Of a DNA stretch of 36,865 bases, positions 1-13,332 are shown piece after piece. The first letter of the stretch is position 1; the number at the start of each line of letters is the position of its first letter. This stretch comes from Catajapyx aquilonaris (Eukaryota). A program made the position numbers and the translations under genes. The notes under the pieces were generated by a model. The model saw only the letters and a program-made list of their open reading frames with translations, had not been told where the DNA came from and made no database searches. The stretch is taken from the NCBI GenBank assembly GCA_000934665.2, contig JYFJ02003881.1:1-36865 (forward strand), written 5' to 3'.

Positions 1-541
1 TCCCAGGACATTCACTGCATTGCGAAAATCGCATTCTAAATATGAGTAAAAAAATAAAACTTATCAGATGAGCGCCTAAGCTTCAGCAGCGGAATCCCCC
101 ATTTTGTCCGCGATTTAATTTTCGCGGCCCAAGCCAGATATTCGACGCTAGGTGGCTACAGCTATTGAGGCCAGATTGTAACCATGGGATACCAGCCTAT
201 TACAGTTCTGTTGGCATCACTGGTTGGCGCCAAAAAAATCTTTTGCTGATGTCGACATACGTCGACACCAGGTCTCAGGAGGATATTACTGACAAGTGGG
301 TTTGTGGACTTGTGATTTTTTGTGACATTTAATCACTTTTGTTGGAATTCCTGCAGGTGTCTCCCAAAAATATTAAGGCAGTTAATTACTTAATTTAGAC
401 CTGACCTTCTTTATTACATACCACTAAAATATTGCCTTCATTCCAATGATTAGGTTGTGGGGTACAGCCCGGTATTATAATGGATGTTTCAGTATGCCAA
501 ATAGATTCTGCTAGCAGTGCATTACTCGAATACCACACTTC

Positions 542-909
542 CCGTATTACCTCACTAAAATCGGCATGCCGGTATAAAACGAGGTCAACCAGCATGTCGG
601 TATAACCCGGGGGTGGCCGGTATGCCGCAATAACCGAGGTAGATTTCCACAATATTGATCCTGGTCAATTTTTTTGTAATGCAACTGGTACTGTAGGCTA
701 CTAAAATAATGTGACAGTAATATATGTGCGAGTAGGCTACAGGGTTGTGAGAATGTGCAAGTTTATATATGTTTATACTGTTTACGGTTTCACATGGCAC
801 GGAGTCTGACCAATTAATCCCCTATTCAGCCTGCTCTGACCCCCCTAAACATTACAAAGGATCAAAACAAATTCCTTCGGTCCTTCGTTTTGCTCAATAG
901 TTCGCTGGT
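542..909 (+). repeat. Dispersed repeat copy A, probable DNA-transposon end fragment with three ~29-bp subterminal units
   Basis: Colinear diverged similarity to 23520-23833 (gtattacct...gcatgccggtataaaac...tgccgcaataaccgaggta...acaaaggatcaa...caaattccttc...ttgctcaatag); no second TIR found. Confidence 0.7.
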
Positions 910-1904
910 CGCAGATCTTGTTGGCAATCAGAGCATCACTTTATGTAGTAGGCTAATATCAATTTGTCTGAAGAGCCTTGTTACTCAAATAATAAAATCC
1001 AAACCCAACGTGTGAAATATCATGGTAGGTATGCTTCAATTCTCGCAGCCTTGCACTTTTAATAAAATGTTGCCTTGAAAGAACTTAACTATATACGATC
1101 TTATGGGATGTGTCAGGGCAATAGAAGTGTCCTGGGCTGTATCCGCGCCTTGGAACATGGTGTAATGAATCCATTAATTTTGAATAGTAATAATTCTCAC
1201 AGATCGCGATAATGCTGTATGTTATTTGGCACTGTATTGAAAGATTTGCTATGGGTGAACCGCATACGGAAGGTGAATCCCTCTCATCCCACTATGTTAA
1301 GCATGGGTAGGTGCTTCTTTTTTCGTATCTAACTTTAAAATCGACTCAGCCCCATATTGAGAAAAATGACCCCAAATGTTCCCAAATGAGGGTAGTGGAC
1401 ATTTCAGGATTTTTTTATTTCCATGACTGCTTGATCTGTGGTGTTGTACTTCTACACTCTACAGTAATAATGGCCATCTAACTAGGCACCTACCATATTA
1501 ATTTCACACTATCAGCATGTGTTTAACAATGACATTGGACCACCTGAAATGTGCCCTTTTTGCACATAAATTCGAATTTTTTAGCATCTTTATTATGGCG
1601 TGAATACAGGGACCCTCCCGATCTATACCTGCGTTTAATGGCGAGGGAAAATTATGGAGCAGAACGAATCCTACGTTGTGGTATGTTAATTGGAAATAAA
1701 AATTAATTTCGGTCATGGCTTATTCTGTGATGTTATATGCCTAATATCGATAGCTATTTTTTCTTTTCTGGAGCCGCTGCGCTACTTTCATCCCTGCAAG
1801 CACAAAAGAACAAAGAAGGCGAGAGTGAGCGTGCGCGAACATTTCCGCCATGTCTGGTCTGGTACCGGTGGCCGTGCCGGTGCGGTGGTGTAGAAACTAG
1901 CGTG

Positions 1905-1941
1905 GTCGTGTCCTGTCGTGTCCTGTCGTGTCTGCCGTGTC
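1905..1941 (+). repeat. Short tandem repeat (GTCGTGTCCT)x~4, degenerate
   Basis: gtcgtgtcct gtcgtgtcct gtcgtgtct gccgtgtc read directly. Confidence 0.7.
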
Positions 1942-3156
1942 TTCTACGCCGGGCCCTCAGCCCTGAAGTGGAATTTTGACCTGCCTGGCCATCAGCACCA
2001 TCTGCCCTGACGCATTCTGGACATTTACGTAACATTTTGGTTATATGCCCACTTTTGTTGAGACTTATGCACTCCTCCGTGGAAATAACAACTATAAAGG
2101 ACAAATTAAATGTTCTTTGACCCTATTTAAAACAAATAAACACAATAAAATGGTATGGTAGTATGGTTTTGATCAGAAATCATGATCATATCGCAAAAAA
2201 ATGCATAATTTCAGAGGGTATGTACAGGGGGGTTCGAGTTACCTTATAATGTTTTAACCTATTTTTTCCTCTTAAAGGTTATGATGTCGAGCTGGGGGAG
2301 GAAAATGACATTCTACCCGATTTCGGAAGGCTAAATATGATCGTGAAGTAAGTGAATGCTTGACTGTGGACGCAGGATTTTTGATTTCTTGACAATATTA
2401 TTTTCGGTCATAATTATAAGACAGTTGTTGATGTGGGAGAGACAGAGGAGGCTAGTGACAGGGACCCTATACCCTACCTGAGTCAACACTCAGACTATAC
2501 CAGGACTGCAAGCGACTGGAGTCGTTGGTGATACCTGATAAGTTGACAAAGTAAGCCAATCTTGAAGCCAATACATGCCAGTGCTAAAATACTAGATAGA
2601 GCTTGTCCAAATGTGGCGTCCAATAATTCTGACATTCATCTATATTTGAAATGTGGTACCTTTCAGGGATTATTTCCCCAGGATTTATGTGCTGCCACAA
2701 TTTCCACAGTGGGTGCAAGACCTCCTCGATAAGAGACACCCTGACAGCATAGTTTGTGCAATGTCCACTTTACACGATCAATTGTTGGATATCTGCTCAT
2801 CCGATTTCAGGAGTTGCTATTGCAGTTATGGTGTGTTACCACAACATGTACCTATTCATATTTTAAATATGATACTGTAGTCTGTGGTCTGCCATCCCAC
2901 CACGAGCGACACCACAAGGAATAACAGAACAGACGATGCTTGAACAAGCTTTATTTTTCAGATTTGTTTGATTAATATATATTCTTAAGAATGCCGATGG
3001 TATAGTGGGGTAATCACTTCTCATCAGTAAGTTGTTCCCAGCCTGCTCAAAGTATTTTCACACTCCATTTGTACCATTTCAGAAAGCCCTTGAACCTTCC
3101 AGCTACATGCCATACTTCTAATAATGATTACAGTTCTTCTCCAACCAAGCCTATAT

Positions 3157-3303
3157 CAAGGGGGTAATCACTCGACTGAAAAGTGTACACTGGAGTACCA
3201 AATTCAAGGAGTACCAGGAGTAATAAAGAGTGAGGTACCTGAGGAGTACCAGGGAGTACCACTCGCAGGTGTACACCGGAGTACCGAAGTGATTACTCCC
3301 TTG
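3157..3303. mobile_element. 147-bp MITE with 8-bp TSD (P-element- or hAT-type)
   Basis: TIR caagggggtaatcact / agtgattactcccttg; exact 8-bp TSD GCCTATAT at 3149-3156 and 3304-3311; internal GGAGTACC direct repeats. Confidence 0.8.
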
Positions 3304-3769
3304 GCCTATATGGCATTAATCCACTCAGGTTGAAGCGGTTCAGAGATATTTGTGTCAGTGTAGTCCCTATTCTATGCCACTTACGATTCTCCGCAACATG
3401 TAAGGTTATGTTAAATGTCCAGCGGTCATTATTTTATTAAAAACTAGTAAATATACAGGTACTTTAAGCCGGGGGATTGGCTCCAGCAACACGTTGGCAT
3501 CAAGTGAATTGGCGTAAAACGCCACAAAATTATAATGCACAGTATAAGTGAATGAGATAGGTTCCAAAATTTTCCCACACGCAGTTATGAATATTGCTGT
3601 GTTTAAATTTTAATGCTGAATATTTAAAACATTATTTTAATGGTGTCTTAGCCGGAGGCAGACATATTCAACATCATATCTAATACGGATTACTTCACAT
3701 TAAATAACATCCACTTGACATATCGTATTTGCTATGTCAAACTCTCAAGATATTTCATGCACAAAAATA

Positions 3770-4067
3770 CAGTAAAGCCTCTGTAAGTCGAATCTCCATG
3801 GGACCGAAAAAATTCGAGTTATAGAAGATTCGAGTTAGAGAAGTTTGGAATTTTTTAAGCACATAACTCTATAAGGAAGCCTACCTCGGATATCCCTTCG
3901 AAAGTCCCCGCCATCACTTCGAGTTATGGAGAACTTGGAGTTATAGAAATTCGAGTTAGGGAAGTTTATTTCCTATTATTTTACATTGTGACCAACCAAG
4001 CTCATCATTTTCTTCGACTTATAGAGAACTTCGACTTAGGGAAGTTCGACTTATAGAAGTTTTACTG
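3770..4067. mobile_element. pogo/Tigger-like (Tc1/mariner) MITE
   Basis: TA|CAGTAAAGCCTCTGTAAGTCGAA ... TTCGACTTATAGAAGTTTTACTG|TA; many internal TTCGA(G/C)TTA(T/G)AG subrepeats. Confidence 0.9.
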
Positions 4068-4116
4068 TAGGCTAGTTACGCATATAGAGTGAATCACTCT
4101 CTATTTGCACGTGAAA

Positions 4117-4166
4117 AATCCAAGAACATACTGTATGCCTATAGGCATGCAGTATGTTCTTGGATT
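4117..4166. repeat. 50-bp spacerless palindrome
   Basis: aatccaagaacatactgtatgccta|taggcatgcagtatgttcttggatt; 24 of 25 arm positions complementary. Confidence 0.85.
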
Positions 4167-7100
4167 ATTATAATAATCATAATCAGTTCCTCTTGATGTT
4201 CGACAGCAGAAGGGCCTTTGGTTCACGCACAGTGCGATAGATGGCTCGCATGTGCTGCCATGGAAAAGCTCGCGTGCAATTTGTCGATACTTCCCTATTC
4301 TGCACATAGCACGTGAACGCAGTACCTGTACTTAATTATTACACTTTATCCACCTGTCAAATTATAGCACCCTGTATTATTTTAAAAAATTCTCAAAGAT
4401 CTTAGGACAATGCACGAGAGTTCCCATCCTTCTTCTTCCGGGTGATTACGGGCGCTGAGTTCGGGGATGAAACACTGAGCAGCATCCAGATCAGATCACT
4501 CTCGTAACGCCCAGTTATTTTAATGGCCAGGTCATTTATCTCTCCCGTCTAGTGGCAGAAAACAAGTCTCATCACTCACGGAGAGCTGGCGAAGGGGAGA
4601 ATCTTGCCCATTATCACAGGAAAGAAAAACTCTTCTGTCACTCCTCACATCGGCGAACTAGTAGTTAGTACCATAGAGTTCAGGAAGGAAAGCTAAGTTA
4701 TCCGACAGTTAACTCCTCTACAAATCTGTTCACAAGTCGCCATGTAAGACCCACGCCTTTTCGACACGGTCTCACGTACACGTTATCATGTCGTTAAGTA
4801 ACAGAAAAAAAAGTATGTGGTGACCCACCTACATAGTGTTTTAAAAAAGGAGCCGCTATCGCCAACAATTTTTTCTGCTATTATTCACTACTGCTTACAC
4901 GAAAGAGGCCCATTTTTCGTTCTTGACGGTTCTCGACCACATCTTACACTTAAAAGATGGGCGTCTACCCCCTTCTCCCCTTGCTTTTCCACTGGTCCTT
5001 GTCGGTTTGTCAGCGACTCAGCTCCCGGGGGCGAGATGCTTCATTAAATCTCTGGCGTCTTCCTTGAGTCAACCACGGCCTCGGATTAAATGACCCGCGA
5101 AAACAGATATCAAATAAGAGGGTCCCGTAGAGCAGGAAACAGCCGACTAACGACAAGGATTTCAAGTGGGACTTGTGCCAACTGTGGATGCCCCTTCTTC
5201 TGTCCCGCTTTTTTGGAGAGGATGGTATTCTGCCCTCTAAAATCTGGCCACTGACCTAGTCAGCAGACCAAAAGAAGACAAAAAAAAATATGCAGCACCT
5301 GCCGAATTTAATATATGCGTTTAGCCGCATGTTAGAGAGGACCAGGGCTGGTTGAGAACTATAGTTTAGCGGACTGTGCCAACTGCTGCCATTTTGTGTC
5401 TGATGATTTTTGTTCGCCAGCAGGCACTAGGGTGCGGTGTACTCGCCTTCCGGTTAGGATGGGAGAAGCGGATAGCATCACCAGGAAAAAGGAAAGAGAG
5501 ATGCAAACGATCCGACAAGTCTTGCGGGAATGGAGGAATGGCCGCCGGCTTGGCAGAGGGATAATGGTGTGGAAAAACGGAAGCGGAAGAGGGTCCACTA
5601 TTGGCTGATGCTCGTCCAAAAAGGTAGAGGAAATTGCATTCCTCTTTGTTTGTAGTCTGCCGGTACGGTGAGCAACATATTAATTTTCCATGACTCCCCA
5701 AGACCGGGACTACTTCTAGGCCCCGTTGCTCCTCCATAACTCAATAGGTTAGTGGTTGGAAAATCAAGACAAATGGCAATGGGGAGGAAAACCGCAGGGT
5801 AAACAACACGACCTGCTGGACCCTCTCCAAAAAATCTGGGTGTTTCGGGCACGGTTGAACCTCGACCTATTCCTGTTAGAAATAAATGACTCGGAACTTC
5901 CTGCGACGATTCGAAAAGAGAGCTTGGTAATTATCCCTATCGAAGGTTCCCCGCCGCTAATGATATACGAACCACAGGCATGAATCGTCCCATGATTTCG
6001 TGAGCAAACCCTTCTTTTTTATATTCTCGGGCCTCCCAAAAACCTGATTCCCAAAGTCACGACCAGCAGGCGCACGGGCATACAAAAACTCAGGGGATAT
6101 CAACAGGAAAAGTCCAAGCGACCAGCCATTTCTTCACATGCTTTGTGTACAAAAGAAAAAAAAATCTCTGGTTAGCTCCTCATCAGAGATGATTATCATC
6201 TCAGGAGGGTTTAATAACAATGATTGTCGTGTTGGATGATGATCCAGACAGGGGTGACCCAATGGAAATATAGGGAGGGAGTTGGGGGTCTGAGACTCAA
6301 CTACCCTCAAATTACCCTCTCCGTTAATTATACATGGGGCGGCGTCCATTGCGGTGGTCCTCTCTTTATTTGTTTATGGAGGCCCCCGAGTGCCTGCAGC
6401 CTCCTAGCTATGAATGCCGTCGCAGATATCTACTCTAACTGCCGATGACAAACAGGTTTCCTCTTATATACTCCCTGCCGACTTCATGAGCTGGCCATAT
6501 CAAGATCAAAATTCGCTGCTCTTGATAAAGACCTCAGATCTATGAGAATAAAAACTGTTGATAAACACGGTCGTAGTATTTATATGGAGCCATAGAAATA
6601 AAAAAAAGGGGTTTGATGGTACTTGAACAATAAATAGACTTTGATCATCTATAGAGGCTGTAAAAGGCAGTGCGATCTGGGGCAATGATAAGCTGGTTGA
6701 TAAAAATGCGCGACATTGCTGAATAATTTGGCAAGTGTATAGCACGGTGTAAAAAAGACTGCAGTAACATGTGTTAACACTTTCACTCTGGACTTGAAGC
6801 AATTGCATGCCAAACAAAACCTACTGCATTAATTACAAGGCACCGGTCATGCTGGGCTCCCCTAAAAGGGCTGTCTGATGCACTCTGTCCTACTTTGCTG
6901 GAACAAACAACAAAAGTGACAATGCGCTGTCGTATATGGCCTAGGGAAAAAAGTCAAACGCACCGAGAATGGGCGTGGCTGTGTCGGAACAGTGGAGGTG
7001 ATGAAAAACGCGTGCTACGTGGTTTTGAGGATGGTAAGGAAAACCGATGCTTGTGAAATCGGATGCTTGGATGAATTAATGACGGGGTTTTTTGTAGCCT

Positions 7101-10100
7101 GGATAAATTCGGCCATTTTGATGCACACCTCTGCAAGCTTGTTATAGTCTATTGGTGTATATCTGGATTATTAAATGAAGACCTGAAGTGCAGGAAGACA
7201 AAATCATATTAGAATCGTTTCGAGGTATGAGCTGTGAATATTGATTGTATTATGGACCCATTTTACAATAAAATTTCTAAGTGAAGTAATTACTGTAGCA
7301 CTCGTCAAGGTCATATTACGAACAGCCTTATTTAATTTTGACCGAAATATTACCATACCAAGTTTTATATTTCAGGTCTTCACGTGCATTTAAATGAGCC
7401 TGTTTTAGCATAAATAATTGCTATTGGATGCTGCACCCGCTAACCTATATACGTACTGTACAACGTAGTAATGTTTCAGCTGTAAATTATCACTTGTGAA
7501 ATTCAGTATGTACGATATTCGTGTTCTGAATATTTATGCACGTTACATCGACCTACTGAACCATAGTACCTGTCGATGGTACCATCAAGTTTCATATTAT
7601 ATAAGACCGGGTGGTCCGTGACAAATTTCCCAAGCTATACATGAAAAGCCACTTTTTAACAATCAGACAAATCCAAATGTCAGTCTTGCATAAGCAGGAC
7701 TAGTAGTAACATAAATCTATGTGAGTGTATATAATCGCATAATAAATGACAATTTCTCGTGTCCTGAATTCGCCATCATTAATTTTTCAACTTCTTTGCT
7801 ACAGCGAGCAGGAGCTTATCATGATCCTGTGTAAGTATGCACAAATCTTTTACGTACAATCTCTTGTTGGGTTATATGCAAATAGCCTACTATATTTTCA
7901 ATATAAGAATGATAATTCAGTTAGTTATTGATAAATTGACATAATGAGAGCCCTGACCTCAATTACAATGCACGATAACGAATCACAATATATTTCTAAT
8001 TATTACATTGTTATAAACCACAGCCATACATTTTAAAGTGGTAGAACCTCAATTATTTGGGTGAACAATGGTATTCAGTGTAGAGGCGATGCCTTTCACT
8101 CAATGAGTAGAAATTCATAACAGGGGAGAAACCAGTCTGCCTCAGGCAGACAAAAAAGTTGCGAACAATACGATACTCGTCTGTTAAAAGGGTGAGTTTT
8201 TTTCAGTGCTTGTATTTTTAAAAGAAAATATTACACTGCATAATGTCGATTTTCAAGAAGTTTCGAAAAGTTTTCTAAAAAGGAGGAAGTTGAACCCAAT
8301 ATCTAACGTAGCTCAGAACTCCACTAGGTCTTCCATTAGAAATATTCTGCGTGTTTCAAAATTAACGTTACATTTGTATGATTCAGCCTTACCTAACGGG
8401 TTAGTGTCCCACAATGGAAAGGTTGATTAACTGCTCATTTTGGCTAAGACCTGGCTAAGACTGTATTGTAAGATTTGCAAGTAAGCGTAACTGGTAGTCA
8501 TATTTATGTTGGAGACATTATGTAATCGTATGATTATTAAACATTACGTTACAATTGAATTTATATGTTAGTTGCCAATATGAAGTACCATTATGCCTTT
8601 TTCAATAATCCAAATTACGGAAAAAATGCCAATGATCTGGAATATTAAGGAGTTTGATGAAGTTCTCCGCCTCTCTGATATTCCCTTCGCCTATGTATGA
8701 TTGGCTCCCAGTACAATACGATATCAATATTCTCAACTTCTTTCCCTCTCTGTAGCATACTACTACCTGTGTGATGACATCCTCAGACATCCTCTTTTAT
8801 ATAAAGAGATTGAAACTACTAAGAATGTTACGACTGGCAAAAATACATATACTCGTGCGAAAAGGCTGGAAATTTACAGTCCTTTGCTTGCTGACGAGCG
8901 CAGTAGTTGGAAGTCTCCAGTGGATAACAAGCCCCTCTGATATGTGCGTTTCTATGCTAGATGGATAGCCGTGCAGAAAGTTTTCCTAAACTTTAATTTA
9001 TCTCCCACCCTACTGTCACATATAAAGAATTCTGGAGTCCACAAGTGCGCCTTGTAGAGAAAAGCGGCGCCGAAATAATGTCCATCCGAAAAAGGCCATT
9101 CCATACAGCCAGCCGACTGCAGGAAGGAGGCAGCCCACACTAAAAGCGGGGCCATCTTGCAGCGATAAACTTCCCCAAAAGTCGTTGGTGCAATCCAAGA
9201 TGTACGAGGACCCAAGACCTGGCTCCTTCCTTCCTTCCGGTTCGGGAGCCAAAAGCAAACCGGAAGTGGAAGCGGAAACGGTAGAGCGATCTCCTCCGTT
9301 GGAAATGGCCTAAGAGCAGCTCACCAGGGGGTGACGCTTTTTTTTTTCCGAACCTTTACAAATCTTCTCCGGATTCGATACGGCGCCACTTGCTGACTCA
9401 GGGGTATCCTATCTGTCTCAGTAACTCCCAACAATATTTTGATGGCCCTAACTTTTCGAGCCTGATGTTAATGAATATGCTGGTGATGGACTATGTGTGT
9501 AGGTTATCTTGTCTGATGTTCCTTTTTTTTTTCTCTGAAAGCTCCCGGGATAAAGATGGACATTCCTTCCGGTATTGTTGGACCGAAGAAGCAAGAAGGC
9601 AGGGATATATTGGAGCACGCTCCGAAGCTCTTCAGTTTTTTTTGTTTCTTAACTATACCCCCCTTGGTGCCCCCAAGTCAGGAGAGGTCGCCAAGTTGGC
9701 TGAGATCTACACGGCGCCGATTAGAAATGGGGCGAAAAGTGTTGTTTTTTTTTGTCCAAGACCAACAAATCACCCCACGTTAGATGAGGCTTTAATGGAC
9801 TGGAGGAAGGAGAAGACATCAGAAAAGGTACTTTTCCTTGTAAGCCCCGTACATGACACAAAGTCCCAATCCGAAAATTATTGCGCTTGTAGTACCAGGC
9901 AAAAGCGCTGATTTATCCGGAATCCGGGTGACAGATTTAGAAACTAAGCCTCCCAAAACTCGCGAGTTAGGCAGAGTTATGTAGAATCGCTGTGTAAGAA
10001 TGGCTGATGGAGCAGAGCTCAGGCCCCAGCAGAGTGGAATTATCTGTCGAGGCACAGAAGACTTGACAGAATAAGCTTCTCATCTGAATATTAATGCGAT

Positions 10101-13100
10101 TATTCGGCAGAGTTGGAACCGTTTGCATTGTAAATTAATTTTATCGTTAATTGAATAATTTATAGGTTCCCGTGAGATATGCCGGGAACGCTCCTCCTGG
10201 AGTCCGGTCTGCTGCTGGCGTACCGGGGGTACCGTTTAATTCACGCGGGTTATACAGTATGAATATGGCCGTGGAATGGGAATTATCCTGCTTGAATGAA
10301 AAATGCGAGCCAGTCTCAAAGTCGGATGCTGATGAAGCACGTGATTACACATGGGGGCGTAGACGGTGCGGATAAAACTGTTCTTTTGACATCAATATTT
10401 CTTATGGCGGTCGTTATCCACTCGGCGGAATCGGTTATCAATCAATGTCAGCCATCCGTATTAGTCTGCCAGTTCTGCTCTCTTTTTTGTTTCTTTCTAT
10501 GGAGAAAGGCACTAGCTTTAGTGCCAGTTACTGTATAGAGCAGCGTCTACTTAAATAAATATACTATATTTTCAAGAAGAAATGCATTTAACTAATTACA
10601 CCGCGTGTCAAGTGTCATGTGGTTTTGAAGTGAGAAGTAATGTAGCAATGTGGTTTTCCACTCTATGAAATTAGTAGACACGATGCACATAAAGGCTTAT
10701 TTTAAATGTTGCCAGTAAAATACGTATCGGATTCAAAGATAAATGTACGGAAGAATAGAGAGGTTCGTGAAATGGATGGATGAAATCATTAGAAAGGGCC
10801 TGATAAGACTTCTGGATTACAACACAGCACTGTCCGATTGGGTGGTTTGTATTGGTCTTAGAAATCAATAATTCCAACTGCACTGACATTTACGATAAGA
10901 ATGAGATAAACTATCCAATATGAACACTTTGCCTGAATATGCCTCAAAACATTACCTACATTTTCTGACACCATTATCACTGCAATTCTTTAATAAAGCA
11001 CAATAATACGAGCGTGTGCTTATTATGTAAATATATGGTTTAACGATGAATAAGCGATGAAAATCGGGCAACCAGCAACATCCATTGATCTATTGTAGAT
11101 TATCAAACTGATTCTACGGTAGTTCCGTGACTTTGAGCATTGGAGACTTTCCGCCGTTGGCTGCGGGCTAAATTATACGTGCCGTTAAAGGCGGAGAGCC
11201 TCAATTGTCTTAGATATGTTGCAGGCTATACCGGTATCTCAACGATGACCAAAAAACATTTGGCAATTTTCTCCAATCTCTGAATGGTAGAGTCTTCAAA
11301 AAAAAATAGTTAATTTATGTACGAGGTATCCTACAGACCTTGGCAAGGTCATTTAGGTAACTACCTGGTATAAACTGAGGTCTTCATGGCAATAAAGTAA
11401 CAAGTGGGCGGAGTGGAGGGGATTTGCTTTTTAAAAAATGCTGCAGGTTCTATTTGTAAGATGTTAAACAGCTATTATATACATTTTAATATAATACCAA
11501 ATAAAAAAAGAAATTCCACCAAACGTACTGAATTTTGAGTTAAACACGACCAAGTTATTGACTTTAGAAACTACTGCATAATGCTTCAACAGACTGATTG
11601 AGCCGAAATATCCACATTGGCAACATTATCTCTCGAGTCCGAACCAGAATGGCAGTGCGCAATTGGGACTGATTGCCAATGCCAATACAAGATATCCAAT
11701 AGGAGAGCCGCTCTCGAGGCCGTGTTGCGGTCGCTGAACGACAAAAGCCAAATTACTGTGACATTATTCCGCCTAAAGAGGGCAACCGCTTTTACTATTT
11801 ACCGACTCTATCAGCTAGACATAACAGCAACTTTTATTTCCTCCTGCCACTTTGAAAAGTGCATGCCCTGGGAGCCATTAAGGAGGGTCATTGTGACAGA
11901 GGGTCAATAACACAAAAATTGCCCCGACCGGTAAACATTCATTTCAGTGCCTCAAGTCAATTTCAGTTAACCCACAGAGACTCAAGTCCCAGACTCGGTC
12001 TCATAGGCAATATTGAACCAATCGATACAATACAACTAGACATAGCAACAGCTTATAAGCGATCCCACATTACAATCAATAATACCGCGAGATTCACACA
12101 CACGAGTATGAATAAACGAGGCTTGCCAAAGTTCCATGCTGTCATATGCAGACCTCTCACCACTTGCCTATATTGGCGCGTTCCAAATCCTAGCAACGTC
12201 CATAGAACTGATGGAAAATCGAGGGGGTATAGGGGAGGACTGCAATTAATAACCGCGTCACGGCGACCTGTTAATTAAGTGCAAGGGCTGCGCACTAATC
12301 TTCGTTGGAGTGCAAGCGGATTGTTTGATCGAGGTTGCCGGGAGGAATGCACGACTGATGATTCGGAGGGGAAGTTTCGTGGTCGCGATTCTGTCAGGCT
12401 TTCCTCACAAGTACTATCAGCAGCATGTCACCCAGTCTCCGATTGTTCTCGCACTGCCGACCAGGCGAGAAAAGGCACACGGTGCATAGCCAAATGACGA
12501 TATGAACAGGGGGTCAAAAGCTGGAGGTTCATCCTGGCGTGTAGGTTACCACACCTGCTTCCTGTGTTGTGGGATGAGGTGCTGCCAGGATGAATCGTGC
12601 CGGTATATATAGGATAGGACTATAAGCGTGCTCTATTTACCGTTACTAATGGACAAGGTTGTCACGGCGCTAATTTTTATTAGCGGACAAAAGGACCTGT
12701 TTCGGGATTGAAGTACGCAGTGGTGCGCGATTATATTTAGTGGAGGTTGGGACTGTACTGTCAGATGCAAAAATTGGATGAATTTTTTTTTCAGTGTGAA
12801 TGTATGCTTTTCGAAAAAAGCGCAGGTTTGTAATTGGATTCGCAACTTATAAAATTTAAATTAGCCACAACCATGCTCGGTGTTTGTTCGCTGCAAAAGA
12901 GACCATATCTAGCTGCAATGACCTTTAGTGAAATATGCAATACCGGTACCGGTTTTGCAGCTGATGTAAATTCTGCTTTTGATTTTAATGTTTTTGCATA
13001 CTCCTTTATAAAGCAGAGCTCCTACTCGGGAACACAGGCCCCATTAGAACAATAATTACATATTATATCAATATACTATATAGCCTGAAACGAAAATATA

Positions 13101-13108
13101 AAAATATA

Positions 13109-13216
13109 GGGTAGAATTTTCATCCCATTGCTAGTTACTGCTAACTTATCAGTACTGGTGCCAACACTGGTGCTACTAAGTTAGTAGTAACTAGCAGTGG
13201 GGCGAAAATTCCACAC
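13109..13216. mobile_element. Degenerate palindromic MITE, probably PIF/Harbinger type
   Basis: Arms gggtagaattttcatcccattgctagttactgctaactta / taagttagtagtaactagcagtggggcgaaaattccacac; 3-bp ATA repeated on both flanks. Confidence 0.65.
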
Positions 13217-13247
13217 ATAGTTTTTATGTGTATACTGTAGTACAGTA

Positions 13248-13332
13248 CTATGGGGGGCTCAAATTGTTTTGGCCACTTTATCCTGGTCTTGAAGCAACCC
13301 TTCGCACAGGCCCCACGGTGAGGAGGTGTGTG
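13248..13332 (+). mobile_element. Truncated half copy of the TA-target MITE at 34667-34808
   Basis: TA|ctatggggggctcaaattgttttggccactttatcctggtcttgaagcaacccttcgcacaggccccacggtgagg matches the left TIR and spacer of the full copy. Confidence 0.85.

Noticed and set aside
2400..2900. Possible decayed minus-strand coding sequence
   Set aside because: All frames are interrupted and no motif could be assigned
3790..4060. Regularly recurring TTCGAGTTA/TTCGACTTA units suggesting a CRISPR-like array
   Set aside because: Short degenerate subterminal repeats within a TA-flanked MITE; no unique spacers, no cas genes, eukaryotic context
4672..10667. CATAGAGT...ACTCTATG as ends of a 6-kb P-like element
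   Set aside because: Only 8 bp of inverted match and no exact TSD
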